This document shows positions 9,043-17,570 of a stretch of 64,000 nt of DNA, piece by piece; within the stretch, counting starts at the first letter, position 1, and each line of letters opens with the position of its first letter. Both the position numbers and the translations under genes were made by a program. Below the pieces are notes generated by a model that saw nothing but the letters and a program-made list of their open reading frames with translations, was not told the DNA's origin and made no database searches. The stretch comes from an uncultured Oscillospiraceae bacterium (lineage in GTDB: Bacteria; Bacillota; Clostridia; Oscillospirales; Ruminococcaceae), in the NCBI GenBank assembly GCA_964369645.1, contig CAYJFO010000001.1, positions 703 through 64,702 on the forward strand. Direction: 5' to 3'.

Positions 9043-9954
9043 CTAATACTGTATTTTGTCTATTTTTTTAACCGTTGCCCCTATGTTGTCAGACAAAAGG
9101 TGTTTAATCTCAAAATCTTTTGTTTTTTCGTTTTGTGCTATTAAACCATTTATCTTTTGTTTGTAATTCCTGTCGCTTGTTTTTATAATCGACAGTATCG
9201 TCGATCCCGCGCCGCTTATAAACGTAGCGTATGCGCCAAGAGAATTTGATATCTCAAAGATCTCGGACGCGCCCGGTATTAAACTTAGTCGATACGGTTG
9301 GTGTATCGCGTCTTTTGTCGCCTCGGTCAACAGGTCATATTTCCCAAGGGCAAACGCTGAGCAAAGCAACGAACAACGCGAAACATTAAAAAGCGCGTCC
9401 TTCATCGGAATAGTTTCCGGCATAACGCTTCTCGCAAGCGACGTTTTAAGTGGAAATGGCGGAATAAACGCCACAAACGATATATCTTCTCTTATATCAA
9501 ATCGTGCTGAAAACAGATTTTGTTCCCCAATTGCCGCCGCTGCCATTCCCCCAAGAAAAGCCGGAGCTACGTTATCGGGATGGCCCTCTATCCTTGCTGC
9601 TATGTCAAGCAAACCATTTGTGTCACACGGCTTATCCATAATCTCGTTTGCCGCAAGAAGTCCCGCTACTATACAAGCCGCGCTACTTCCCAGTCCACGC
9701 TCCATTGGTATGTTGTTAACCTGTTTAATCGAAAACTCCGGAATCGCCTTGTCAAACTTATCAAACAAGACCTTTGCCGATTGATATATTAAATTGTCTT
9801 TGTCGTTTGGAACTTTGGTACTATCTAGCGATTCGATTGAAAACGGCTCATCCAAACCGATGTAAACTTCGTTATATAAATTAAGCGCTATTCCGGCACA
9901 GTCAAAACCCGACCCAAGGTTAGCCGACGTTGCCGGGATTGAAATCTTCAACAT
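9043..9954 (-). CDS. thrB: Homoserine kinase (GHMP family)
   Basis: PATSANLGSGFDC and PMERGLGSSAA GHMP motifs, located between hom and lysC. Confidence 0.9.
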   Translation of the reverse strand: MLKISIPATSANLGSGFDCAGIALNLYNEVYIGLDEPFSIESLDSTKVPNDKDNLIYQSAKVLFDKFDKAIPEFSIKQVNNIPMERGLGSSAACIVAGLLAANEIMDKPCDTNGLLDIAARIEGHPDNVAPAFLGGMAAAAIGEQNLFSARFDIREDISFVAFIPPFPLKTSLARSVMPETIPMKDALFNVSRCSLLCSAFALGKYDLLTEATKDAIHQPYRLSLIPGASEIFEISNSLGAYATFISGAGSTILSIIKTSDRNYKQKINGLIAQNEKTKDFEIKHLLSDNIGATVKKIDKIQY

Positions 9955-10004
9955 CTCTATTGTATTCCTTTCTTCTCAATGTTTTAAGTATCTTTAAAAA
10001 AATT

Positions 10005-11147
10005 CTAATTCAAAACCTTGAAAACCTTTTTATATGAAGCGTCTTGCTTATAGTCTTTTTGGTCAACTATAGATGCCGAGAGTTTTTCGCCGTTTTGTTG
10101 TATAACAAAGTATTGTTCAGATTTAAGTTCTAATACCTCAAGTCCTTGCTTTGCCTCACCCCAACAAGGCTTCCTTGAGTTATCACATATCGTCCTTAGT
10201 GCGTCTGAAACAACTACCGAAGCAGTCGGATACTTTCCGGCGCCCCTACCATTAACAAAAATTCTTCCCGCAAATTCGTGGTCGATTATCATTCCGTTAA
10301 ACACATCCGAAACATTTTTAAGAGAGTTTTTGTTTTTTACAAACATCGGCTCAACCCCAACCATGATCGATTTATTGTCCTGTTTTTTATAGTATGCAAT
10401 TAATTTAATTGTGCCATTATTTTCGGTGGCTTTTTTAAGGTCACAAAGTTCAACGTTTGCAATTCCCGTATTTTTAATTACATCGGGGTTTACATAATGT
10501 TTGCTCGCGATCGACGAGATTATTGATATCTTTCTTTTCGCGTCGATTCCGTCGACATCGTCCGAAGGATCTTTGGTCTCGGCATACCCGAGATCTTGCG
10601 CAATCTTTAAAGCTTCTTCAAAACTAATGCCTTGTTTTTCCATCCTTGTAAGCATAAAGTTTGTCGTACCGTTTAAGATAGCAAATACGCTTTCGATTTC
10701 GCCCGCAAAATATGTATCCAAAAGCGGGGAAATCGTCGGCATAGCTCCTCCGACACTTGCTTCAAATCTAAACGAAACGCCTTGTTCAAACGCAATTTGC
10801 AAAAGCTCTGTTCCGTGTGTTGCAACCAATTCTTTGTTAGAGGTTACAACGCTTTTTTTTGCAAGCAAGCTTTGTTTAACGAATTTATATGCGGGGTTTG
10901 TCCCGCCTATCGTTTCAATCACAACCGAAACATCTTTATCGTTGACTATCGTTTCAAAATCTTTAATAAAATACTTTTCAAGTTCATGTCCCTCGAAACT
11001 TCTAATATCAAGAATATACCCAAGTTCAAACTGTTTGCCGCAATATGCCTCGTCTTTTTTTTGTAAATCAACTATTATATCCGCAACACCAGAGCCGATG
11101 TTGCCAAACCCAATAATAGCAATCTTGTTTTTTTCAGTATTAGCCAT
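10005..11147 (-). CDS. hom: Homoserine dehydrogenase
   Basis: IAIIGFGNIGSG Rossmann motif, a catalytic domain (LNGTTNFML) and a C-terminal ACT-like region. Start set to the ATG at 11147, with a GAGGAA SD 6 nt upstream. Confidence 0.9.
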   Translation of the reverse strand: MANTEKNKIAIIGFGNIGSGVADIIVDLQKKDEAYCGKQFELGYILDIRSFEGHELEKYFIKDFETIVNDKDVSVVIETIGGTNPAYKFVKQSLLAKKSVVTSNKELVATHGTELLQIAFEQGVSFRFEASVGGAMPTISPLLDTYFAGEIESVFAILNGTTNFMLTRMEKQGISFEEALKIAQDLGYAETKDPSDDVDGIDAKRKISIISSIASKHYVNPDVIKNTGIANVELCDLKKATENNGTIKLIAYYKKQDNKSIMVGVEPMFVKNKNSLKNVSDVFNGMIIDHEFAGRIFVNGRGAGKYPTASVVVSDALRTICDNSRKPCWGEAKQGLEVLELKSEQYFVIQQNGEKLSASIVDQKDYKQDASYKKVFKVLN

Positions 11148-11216
11148 TTTCTTTTCCTCATTCTTTATATACAATATTAGTATATTATAATACAAAACGT
11201 TGCTTTAATAAAGTAG

Positions 11217-11248
11217 TATATCAAAACTTTTCAAAAAGTTTTGATATA
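11217..11248. repeat. Perfect 32-nt palindrome (15-bp arms, 2-nt centre) upstream of the hom operon
   Basis: TATATCAAAACTTTT-CA-AAAAGTTTTGATATA. Confidence 0.9.
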
Positions 11249-11418
11249 AACATAAAGAATTGTATAAAGTTTGTTTTTTATTGAAAATTTCTGTTAATAC
11301 ACAAGGTAAAAGGTTACAAAGCCATTTATTTTTATGTTAGTTATTGCTAGTTTTAAATATGTTTAATTGTGCAACTCTACATATTTTTTGTTTAATTCGA
11401 TTTTTTACGAGAAAACTC

Positions 11419-11456
11419 TTTACAAACCGTTACAAAAAGGTTACAATGTGGTTACA
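11419..11456 (-). promoter_or_regulatory. Four helically phased TGTAA(C/A) hexamers (OmpR/WalR-type direct-repeat array)
   Basis: The minus strand reads TGTAAC-N5-TGTAAC-N5-TGTAAC-N4-TGTAAA. Hexamers start at 11456, 11445, 11434 and 11424. Confidence 0.45.
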
Positions 11457-11541
11457 AGAACAAGCTAATTTTTTTACTATCTTTTTCCTCCTTTTTATTA
11501 GTTGCAAAACAACTGCAGAGATGCAGTTGTTTTGTTGTTTT
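11454..11541 (+). ncRNA. Candidate ~90-nt small RNA (orphan promoter plus terminator, CCUCC motif)
   Basis: -35 TTTACA (11419-11424), 17-nt spacer, -10 TACAAT (11442-11447). There is no usable ORF. UUUUUCCUCCUUUUU lies at 11482-11496. The terminator stem AAAACAACTGCA/TGCAGTTGTTTT (11506-11533) is followed by a T-rich tract. Confidence 0.3.
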
Positions 11542-11639
11542 ATGCGATTTTTTTATACTTGTATTTTATTTTAAATCGATATCCGTAAATACAACAAGTT
11601 CACACGATACTTTTTACTAAACATATCATATATATTATT

Positions 11640-11668
11640 TTGCTAACCCTCGTTTTTTTTGTTATAAT
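11640..11668 (+). promoter_or_regulatory. Sigma-A type promoter of the GT4-GT2-cat operon
   Basis: TTGCTA, 17-nt spacer, TATAAT with a TGn extension (TGTTATAAT). A ~155-nt hairpin-rich leader follows. Confidence 0.6.
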
Positions 11669-11830
11669 ACGTATTGTAGACAACAAACAAAAAACTTGAG
11701 TAATAGTTTGAAGCAAAGTCTCAAACATGAATTTTGTGCTTTTCGGTCAATACGATAACCGAAATTTTGCCACCTTAAAAATCGCTGTGGCAAACCCGCC
11801 CAAAGCATCAAGAAAGGAATGTATATTTAT

Positions 11831-12949
11831 ATGGCTGTGACAAGGGTTGTACATGCAGTAGCCGGAATGAACTATGGCGGATATGAAACGTTAATAATCA
11901 ACCTATACCGAGCTATCGACAAACAACAAGTACAGTTTGATTTCATATCCTCTTTTGACGGAGTGTTTGACAAAGAAATAGTTTCACTTGGTGGGAGAAT
12001 TTTCAAAGTTCCGTTCATAACCGAAAAAGGCCCTTTCGCCTATTCCAAAAACATCTCCAAGATATTTTCTAAAAACAAAGAAATCAAGATTGTCCATTCA
12101 CATATGGATAAGTTTAGCGGAATGGTGTTGCGACAAGCAAACAAAGCAGATATTCCGGTTAGAATTGCACACAGCCACAGCATTAAAAATGAGGGTGGCG
12201 CTTTGTTCCACGCAGTCAAAAACTATTATGGAAGTTTTATAGAAAAAAACGCAACCGATTTGTTTGCTTGTTCAAAGCCTGCGGCGGAATGGTTGTTTAA
12301 ACAAAACGCTAAAGATGCCGTCATAATTAAAAACGGCATTGACTTAAATAGATTTAAACCAAATGACGTTATAAAAAAAGAGATGATTAAAAGCCTTGGC
12401 TTAAACGACAGTTTTGTTGTTGGGCATGTAGGAAGATTTAACGAGCCTAAAAACCATGAATTTTTACTTTCGGTATTTAATGAAATTCTAAAACAAAGAC
12501 ACGACGCGAAACTTGTTTTGGTTGGTGACGGCCACAAAAAAGCAACGATTGAAAAGCTTGCGACAGAGCTTGGTATAAAAGATAACGTTTCTTTTTTAGG
12601 CGCACGAAACGACATAGAAAAAATCATGCAGACTTTTGACGTTTTTTTAATGCCGTCGTTATACGAAGGTGTTCCGCTAACCGTTATAGAGGCGCAATCT
12701 CTTGGAATTCCGCTTGTTCTATCCGACAGAGTCTCGTCCGACAGCGACCTTACAAAAGGAGTTTGTCATCTTTCGCTTGAAACGCCTTGTTCTGTTTGGG
12801 CAAAAACCGTTTTATCTGTAAACCAACAGCCCGTTTTTGAATGCAGACAAAACGTCATAAACGCAGGGTATGACATAAACAAAACCGCAGAATTTCTAAC
12901 AGAATTCTATGTTAGGAGGGGTTCTTTTGCCGATCAAAAACAACCTTAA
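11831..12949 (+). CDS. Family 4 (GT-B fold) glycosyltransferase
   Basis: The C-terminal half has PSLYEGVPLTVIEAQSLGIPLVLSD (the EX7E region). The ATG at 11831 is preferred because the GAAAGGA SD is too close to the ATG at 11819. Confidence 0.8.
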   Translation: MAVTRVVHAVAGMNYGGYETLIINLYRAIDKQQVQFDFISSFDGVFDKEIVSLGGRIFKVPFITEKGPFAYSKNISKIFSKNKEIKIVHSHMDKFSGMVLRQANKADIPVRIAHSHSIKNEGGALFHAVKNYYGSFIEKNATDLFACSKPAAEWLFKQNAKDAVIIKNGIDLNRFKPNDVIKKEMIKSLGLNDSFVVGHVGRFNEPKNHEFLLSVFNEILKQRHDAKLVLVGDGHKKATIEKLATELGIKDNVSFLGARNDIEKIMQTFDVFLMPSLYEGVPLTVIEAQSLGIPLVLSDRVSSDSDLTKGVCHLSLETPCSVWAKTVLSVNQQPVFECRQNVINAGYDINKTAEFLTEFYVRRGSFADQKQP

Positions 12950-13940
12950 ATTCAGTGTTGTTGTCCCGATATACAACGTCGAAAAATACCTTGAAAAGTC
13001 TATCGACTGTTTAATTTCCGGAAGTTTCAAAAGCCTTGAAATACTTCTTGTAAACGACGGAAGCACCGACAGTTCGGGGGAAATCTGCGACAGATATGCA
13101 AAAAATGATAGTCGCATAAAAGTTTTTCATCAACAAAATCAAGGCCCTTCGGGCGCGCGCAACACCGCAATAAAAAACGCAACTGGCGACTATCTGGTTT
13201 TTTTAGACAGCGACGACAACTTTGCCAAAGACTGTTTGGTCGAAATTTCAAATATTTTAGTTGAACATCCTGTCGAAGTCGTGGTAAACTATGTAAAAGC
13301 GATTTTCTATGATACTGGGAAAGTTTTTTACCACCGCGATTCAAACCTTGACAAAAACGAAATCAATGGAAAAACCGGTGACAGCGTTGTTGCGGAATTT
13401 CGTAAAAATAACGTTTCACCTTGTGTTTATCGTTATGTGGTTAAGAGAGATTTAATAGTTAAAAATGACATTATGTTTGCTCCGGGGTTGTTTAACGAAG
13501 ACCCTCTTTGGACCGCCACAATGCTGTGTCACGCAAACAGTTTCTATTTAAACGAAAAAGATTATTATATTTATAATCTTCGAGAAAATTCAATTACAAC
13601 AAACCCTAGAAACTATAAGCGTTATTACGACCTTTTGACAATATGTGAAAAATTATTTGATCTTTCACGCGACAAGAGCGACGCTAAAAAATTATATATC
13701 TATAACTTGATCGTTATGCTTTTAAATGATCTTTTACAACATAGGGGGTATTTCCCAAAAGAACAAGAAAAGCAAACAAAAAGATGGTTTAACGAAAACA
13801 AAGTGTTGTTAACAACCGTTGTGGTAGCACAACCGATAATTAACCTTGTTTCAAAGATAATCGGCGCAAAAAACAGTATGACTTTTTTTGCGGATGTGAT
13901 AAAATATAAAAACAAACTAAAAAAAGCGTTTAGTAGATAA
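12927..13940 (+). CDS. Family 2 glycosyltransferase (soluble, GT-A fold)
   Basis: FSVVVPIYNVEKYL, VNDGSTDSS and LDSDD motifs. A TTG start at 12927 sits 7 nt after the AGGAGG SD. The gene overlaps the end of the GT4 gene. Confidence 0.8.
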   Translation: MPIKNNLKFSVVVPIYNVEKYLEKSIDCLISGSFKSLEILLVNDGSTDSSGEICDRYAKNDSRIKVFHQQNQGPSGARNTAIKNATGDYLVFLDSDDNFAKDCLVEISNILVEHPVEVVVNYVKAIFYDTGKVFYHRDSNLDKNEINGKTGDSVVAEFRKNNVSPCVYRYVVKRDLIVKNDIMFAPGLFNEDPLWTATMLCHANSFYLNEKDYYIYNLRENSITTNPRNYKRYYDLLTICEKLFDLSRDKSDAKKLYIYNLIVMLLNDLLQHRGYFPKEQEKQTKRWFNENKVLLTTVVVAQPIINLVSKIIGAKNSMTFFADVIKYKNKLKKAFSR

Positions 13941-13971
13941 TTTTATTTAAATAAATCAAGGAGATGTTACT

Positions 13972-14634
13972 ATGTTTAAACCAATAGACAAAAGCACCTG
14001 GGCAAGAACTCCGTTTTTCGATCATTACATCGAGGAAAATCGTTGTACCTACAGCATTACATGCAACATCGAAATAACCGAACTGTTAGCAGAGATAAAG
14101 CAAAAAAACATTAAACTTTATCCCGCTATGATGTACATCGTAACGACGGTAGCAAACCGTTTCGACGAGTTTAAAGTTAGATTCGACGACAAAGGCGTTG
14201 TTGGAATTTGGGATACGCTAGACCCTAGCTACACCGTTTTTAACGAACAAACAGAAACATTTTCAGCTATCTATACAAAGTACGACAAAGACTTTAACGT
14301 CTTTAACAACAACTACCTTGAAGACACAAAAAAATACGCTAACTCAACCGTTCTTTTTCCAAAAACGCCGATGCCACAAAACACTTTTGACGTATACATA
14401 ACCCCTTGGACAACATTCTCGGCGCTTAATCTTAACTTCTACAATGATGGTTTAGACCTTAAACCCACCATAACTATGGGTAAATTTTTCTTGCAAGACA
14501 ACACAACGTTTATTCCTATTTCGATGACAGTTCACCACGCAGTTTGCGACGGGTTCCACGTTTCCCGTTTCTTTGACAAGGTCCAAAGAATGTGTCACAA
14601 CCGCGTTGACTGGTTAAGGATTAACAAGGACTAG
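13972..14634 (+). CDS. cat: Type A chloramphenicol O-acetyltransferase
   Basis: 220 aa, colinear with classical CAT. It shows W..R..F..Y near the N-terminus, LYPAMMY and QTETFSA, and the catalytic-site motif VHHAVCDGFHVSRF. An AAGGAG SD lies upstream. Confidence 0.85.
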   Translation: MFKPIDKSTWARTPFFDHYIEENRCTYSITCNIEITELLAEIKQKNIKLYPAMMYIVTTVANRFDEFKVRFDDKGVVGIWDTLDPSYTVFNEQTETFSAIYTKYDKDFNVFNNNYLEDTKKYANSTVLFPKTPMPQNTFDVYITPWTTFSALNLNFYNDGLDLKPTITMGKFFLQDNTTFIPISMTVHHAVCDGFHVSRFFDKVQRMCHNRVDWLRINKD

Positions 14635-14677
14635 TTTTGTCTTATCAATTTTCACATTAATTTTATAAATAGTTTTA

Positions 14678-14710
14678 AGAGCTTCACATCGTTTAACGGT
14701 GCGAAGCTCT
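14678..14710 (+). terminator. Terminator of the GT4-GT2-cat operon
   Basis: AGAGCTTC..GAAGCTCT stem, extendable to ~13 bp, followed by CATTTTATTTTA. Confidence 0.6.
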
Positions 14711-14714
14711 CATT

Positions 14715-16040
14715 TTATTTTATCTTGTCTTTCACAAAGTTCAAAATTTCTTTTTTTTCGTTTATAAGCGTCCCTTCGATAACGTTTTGTAAAATTTGTT
14801 GCAAAATTTCACCGACTTGTTTCCCTTTTGGAACACCTATCTCAATTAGATCGTTTCCCGAAACCGCAAGCGACTTCAAATTAAAACACAGTTGTTCTGT
14901 TTCAACCTGTTTAGCTAGTTGTTTAAGTTGTTTTAATATATATAATTTCTCTTTATGCTCTTTTTTGCTTTGCGCTAAAGTATCGGCTTTTTTAACTTCT
15001 AATAGCAGTTCAAAATTATGTTGACCGAACTTGTTAAGCCAACGTTTAACTGATTTTAAATCGGGGGTTATATTCGCGTCGTGGTATTTCACAAGTTTCA
15101 AAACAACAGACTTCGTTTTGTTGTCAAACTTTAGTTTATTTAAGCACATTCTTGCGATTAGTTCGCTTTGTTGCGCATGTCGATAGAAATGTCCTGTTCC
15201 GCTTTGGTCTTGCGTGAACGTTTCCGGTTTTGCGATATCGTGAAACAAAAGCGCCAAGCGCACCTCTTTAATCGGAGCAGAATGTGACACCGCTTTAACG
15301 GTATGTGTATAAACATCATATATATGATACGAGTTGTGTTGAGCAAAATCAAACATTTTTGAAAGTTGCGGTATTATTATCGAAAAAACTTCTTTGTAAT
15401 CAAGTAATATTTTTTCGACATTGTCACCAACCAGCAGTTTACAAAGCTCGGTGTTCAACCTTTCTTGCGAGATATTGTTTAACAGATATTTATTTTTTAG
15501 CATACTTTCAGACGTTGCTTGTTCAATATCAAATCCGTAGACCGAGGCAAACCTTAAGCCTCTTATAATCCTAAGCCCATCCTCTTTAAACCTTGTGTCG
15601 GGGTCAAGAACCGCCGATATAAGTTTTTGTTCGAGATGTTTTTTCCCATCAAACAGATCGACAACCCCAACTTTTCGGTTATACGCCATCGCGTTAACTG
15701 TGAAATCCCGTCGCATTAAATCTTCTTTGATATTTCTCACAAAGGTGACATTTGTCGGCCTTCTGTTATCGACATATTCCCCGTCGGTTCTAAACGTCGT
15801 AATCTCATACGGTGTCGAATTTAATATAAGGGTAACCGTTCCGTGTTTCAAACCGGTATCAATTACATTAAGCCCCAAAAAACAAAGTTTGACCTCGTTT
15901 GGAAGCGCGTTTGTACATATATCATAGTCTTTCGGAACAAGCCCCAAAAGGCTGTCGCGGACGCAACCTCCAACGATGTAGCCTTGGTATCCGTTTTGTT
16001 CCAACGTATCAATTATAAATCCAACATCTTTTGTGTACAT
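14715..16040 (-). CDS. cca: CCA-adding tRNA nucleotidyltransferase with HD domain
   Basis: GGCVRDSLLG..KDYDI polymerase-beta motif, RRDFTVNAMA, and an HD region (LFHDIAKP). Confidence 0.9.
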   Translation of the reverse strand: MYTKDVGFIIDTLEQNGYQGYIVGGCVRDSLLGLVPKDYDICTNALPNEVKLCFLGLNVIDTGLKHGTVTLILNSTPYEITTFRTDGEYVDNRRPTNVTFVRNIKEDLMRRDFTVNAMAYNRKVGVVDLFDGKKHLEQKLISAVLDPDTRFKEDGLRIIRGLRFASVYGFDIEQATSESMLKNKYLLNNISQERLNTELCKLLVGDNVEKILLDYKEVFSIIIPQLSKMFDFAQHNSYHIYDVYTHTVKAVSHSAPIKEVRLALLFHDIAKPETFTQDQSGTGHFYRHAQQSELIARMCLNKLKFDNKTKSVVLKLVKYHDANITPDLKSVKRWLNKFGQHNFELLLEVKKADTLAQSKKEHKEKLYILKQLKQLAKQVETEQLCFNLKSLAVSGNDLIEIGVPKGKQVGEILQQILQNVIEGTLINEKKEILNFVKDKIK

Positions 16041-16102
16041 TTTTCTCCGTTAATCAAATAAAATTTTTCATATACTTTCAATTTTAAACATCAAGATATT
16101 TT

Positions 16103-16137
16103 AAAAAAAGAGCCACATTTTCACATGGCTCTTTTTT
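16103..16137. terminator. Bidirectional terminator between cca and the GPH transporter
   Basis: A7-GAGCCA..TGGCTC-T6. Confidence 0.6.
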
Positions 16138-16152
16138 GTTAATTTGTTTTGT

Positions 16153-17526
16153 TTATTGTTGTTCTAGACCTTCTCTATGTTGGGGTAGCTGTTTCATATC
16201 TTTGTCTATATGGAAAAAGTACACGAGCGCCAACATCCCTATCGACAACAAGAACGGAACCCAGCCTAGCATATAGTTAATCATGTTAATTGCTGTTTCG
16301 GGTTGAGCGCCATTTAACGTCGAGTCAAATCCGGCGGATGCTAGCGATATAGCTATAAGTTGGGTTGCCCCTGCGGAAGCTAGTTTCGAAGCCAAATTGT
16401 CGGCGGTTGAAACCATACTGTCAAGTCGGCGACCCTCTTGAAGTTCGATAAGATCAACTATCGTTGCACGGTTTGTGTTAAACATTATAAACGCTGTTGT
16501 CGCAGCAATACCCACCGTTAGCGCATTGAAATAGATTGCAAATATCGAAAACGGGTTTAGCATAAACCAAATCTTTCCGATAACGGCTACCACCGCACCA
16601 AACACCATAGTGTTTCTTCGGCCAATCTTTTTGTCGATTTGCGGAACTAAAAACGAAGCCCCAAGCGAAAACACAAGATAGACGGCTTGGATTAGCGTAG
16701 CAGATGAGGTTTGACCCAAAACATATGTTGCGTAATATGTTACACAGGTTAACAATAGTAAGTTTGTAACGCCATACAGACAGATGTATGCCGTGTTAAA
16801 AAGCCAAGCTTTGCTCTTTATAAGCATCATAAAAACTGTTTTTATCGAAAGCTTATCTTGAACGTTTGATATCTGTTTGACGCGTTCTTTAGATGTGAAG
16901 TAATGTATAAGCCCTCCCAAAGCGGTGATTACACCCATGATTAAAGCCGTCAATATAAACCCTTTTGAGGCGGAGGCATCAACCAAATTCCCATCGTCGC
17001 CGATAGCTCCGAATAATTTCAAAAGCGGAAGACAAGAAACCGCGCCAATTCCCGCGCCAATCGTTGCTCCTATGTTACGAAACATATTTATAGAACGTCG
17101 TTCCGAGTCAACCGATGTCGCAAGTCCCGCCATGCTGTTATACGGAATGTTCACAAACGTGTTGAACGTTTCAAACAATATGTAAATTATAAGCGAGATA
17201 ACGACGGTCGTTGTTTCGGTCGTATTAAAGTCGGTAAACAAAAGAACAACGGTAACGGCCCACGGAATCGAAAACCAAAGCGCAAGCGGACGAGCTCTTT
17301 CGCCACTTTTAAACCTTTTATTTACCGTCCAAAATCCAATTAGAGGGTCGTTAATTGCGTCCCAGATAGTTCCAATAGTCAAGATAGTTCCGGCTATCAA
17401 CACATTCATGTTTAAAACATCTGTCAAAAAAAACAGATAGTATATGCTCTTGAACTGGTAAACCACGTTGCTCGCGGTTGATAGCGAACAAAAGCCCATC
17501 TTTTCGGTTAGCTTAATTTTATTCAT
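16153..17526 (-). CDS. Glycoside-pentoside-hexuronide (GPH):cation symporter family transporter (MFS superfamily)
   Basis: 457 aa with ~12 TM helices. The N-terminal region has the GPH-like DAINDPLIGFW motif. Confidence 0.75.
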   Translation of the reverse strand: MNKIKLTEKMGFCSLSTASNVVYQFKSIYYLFFLTDVLNMNVLIAGTILTIGTIWDAINDPLIGFWTVNKRFKSGERARPLALWFSIPWAVTVVLLFTDFNTTETTTVVISLIIYILFETFNTFVNIPYNSMAGLATSVDSERRSINMFRNIGATIGAGIGAVSCLPLLKLFGAIGDDGNLVDASASKGFILTALIMGVITALGGLIHYFTSKERVKQISNVQDKLSIKTVFMMLIKSKAWLFNTAYICLYGVTNLLLLTCVTYYATYVLGQTSSATLIQAVYLVFSLGASFLVPQIDKKIGRRNTMVFGAVVAVIGKIWFMLNPFSIFAIYFNALTVGIAATTAFIMFNTNRATIVDLIELQEGRRLDSMVSTADNLASKLASAGATQLIAISLASAGFDSTLNGAQPETAINMINYMLGWVPFLLSIGMLALVYFFHIDKDMKQLPQHREGLEQQ

Positions 17527-17570
17527 GTAACACCTTTTCTATATAAGCTCCGCCGCAATGCGGAGTTTAT

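Noticed and set aside
10501-11190. Long antisense ORFs inside well-supported genes. Examples are 10501..11190 (opposite hom), 22312..23091 (opposite the DAK2 gene), 25951..26424 (opposite rny), 28092..28568 (opposite thrS), 45417..45908 (opposite mrp), 50769..51230 (opposite ygiQ) and 42940..43401 (opposite the Q/P-rich gene).
   Set aside because: These are shadow ORFs on the strand opposite genes with strong motif support. They have no SD sites and their residue usage is low-complexity or biased.
11148-11420. I looked for a T-box, lysine riboswitch or Thr attenuator upstream of hom-thrB-lysC.
   Set aside because: No T-box sequence, no L-box-like conserved helices and no terminator/antiterminator pair lie between the putative promoter and the start codon. 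The leader appears to be short.
11344-11574. 76-aa ORF on the + strand in the hom/GT4 spacer.
   Set aside because: It has no SD site and an F/C/L-rich nonsense-like composition, and it spans the promoter and terminator of the candidate sRNA. A non-coding interpretation is preferred.
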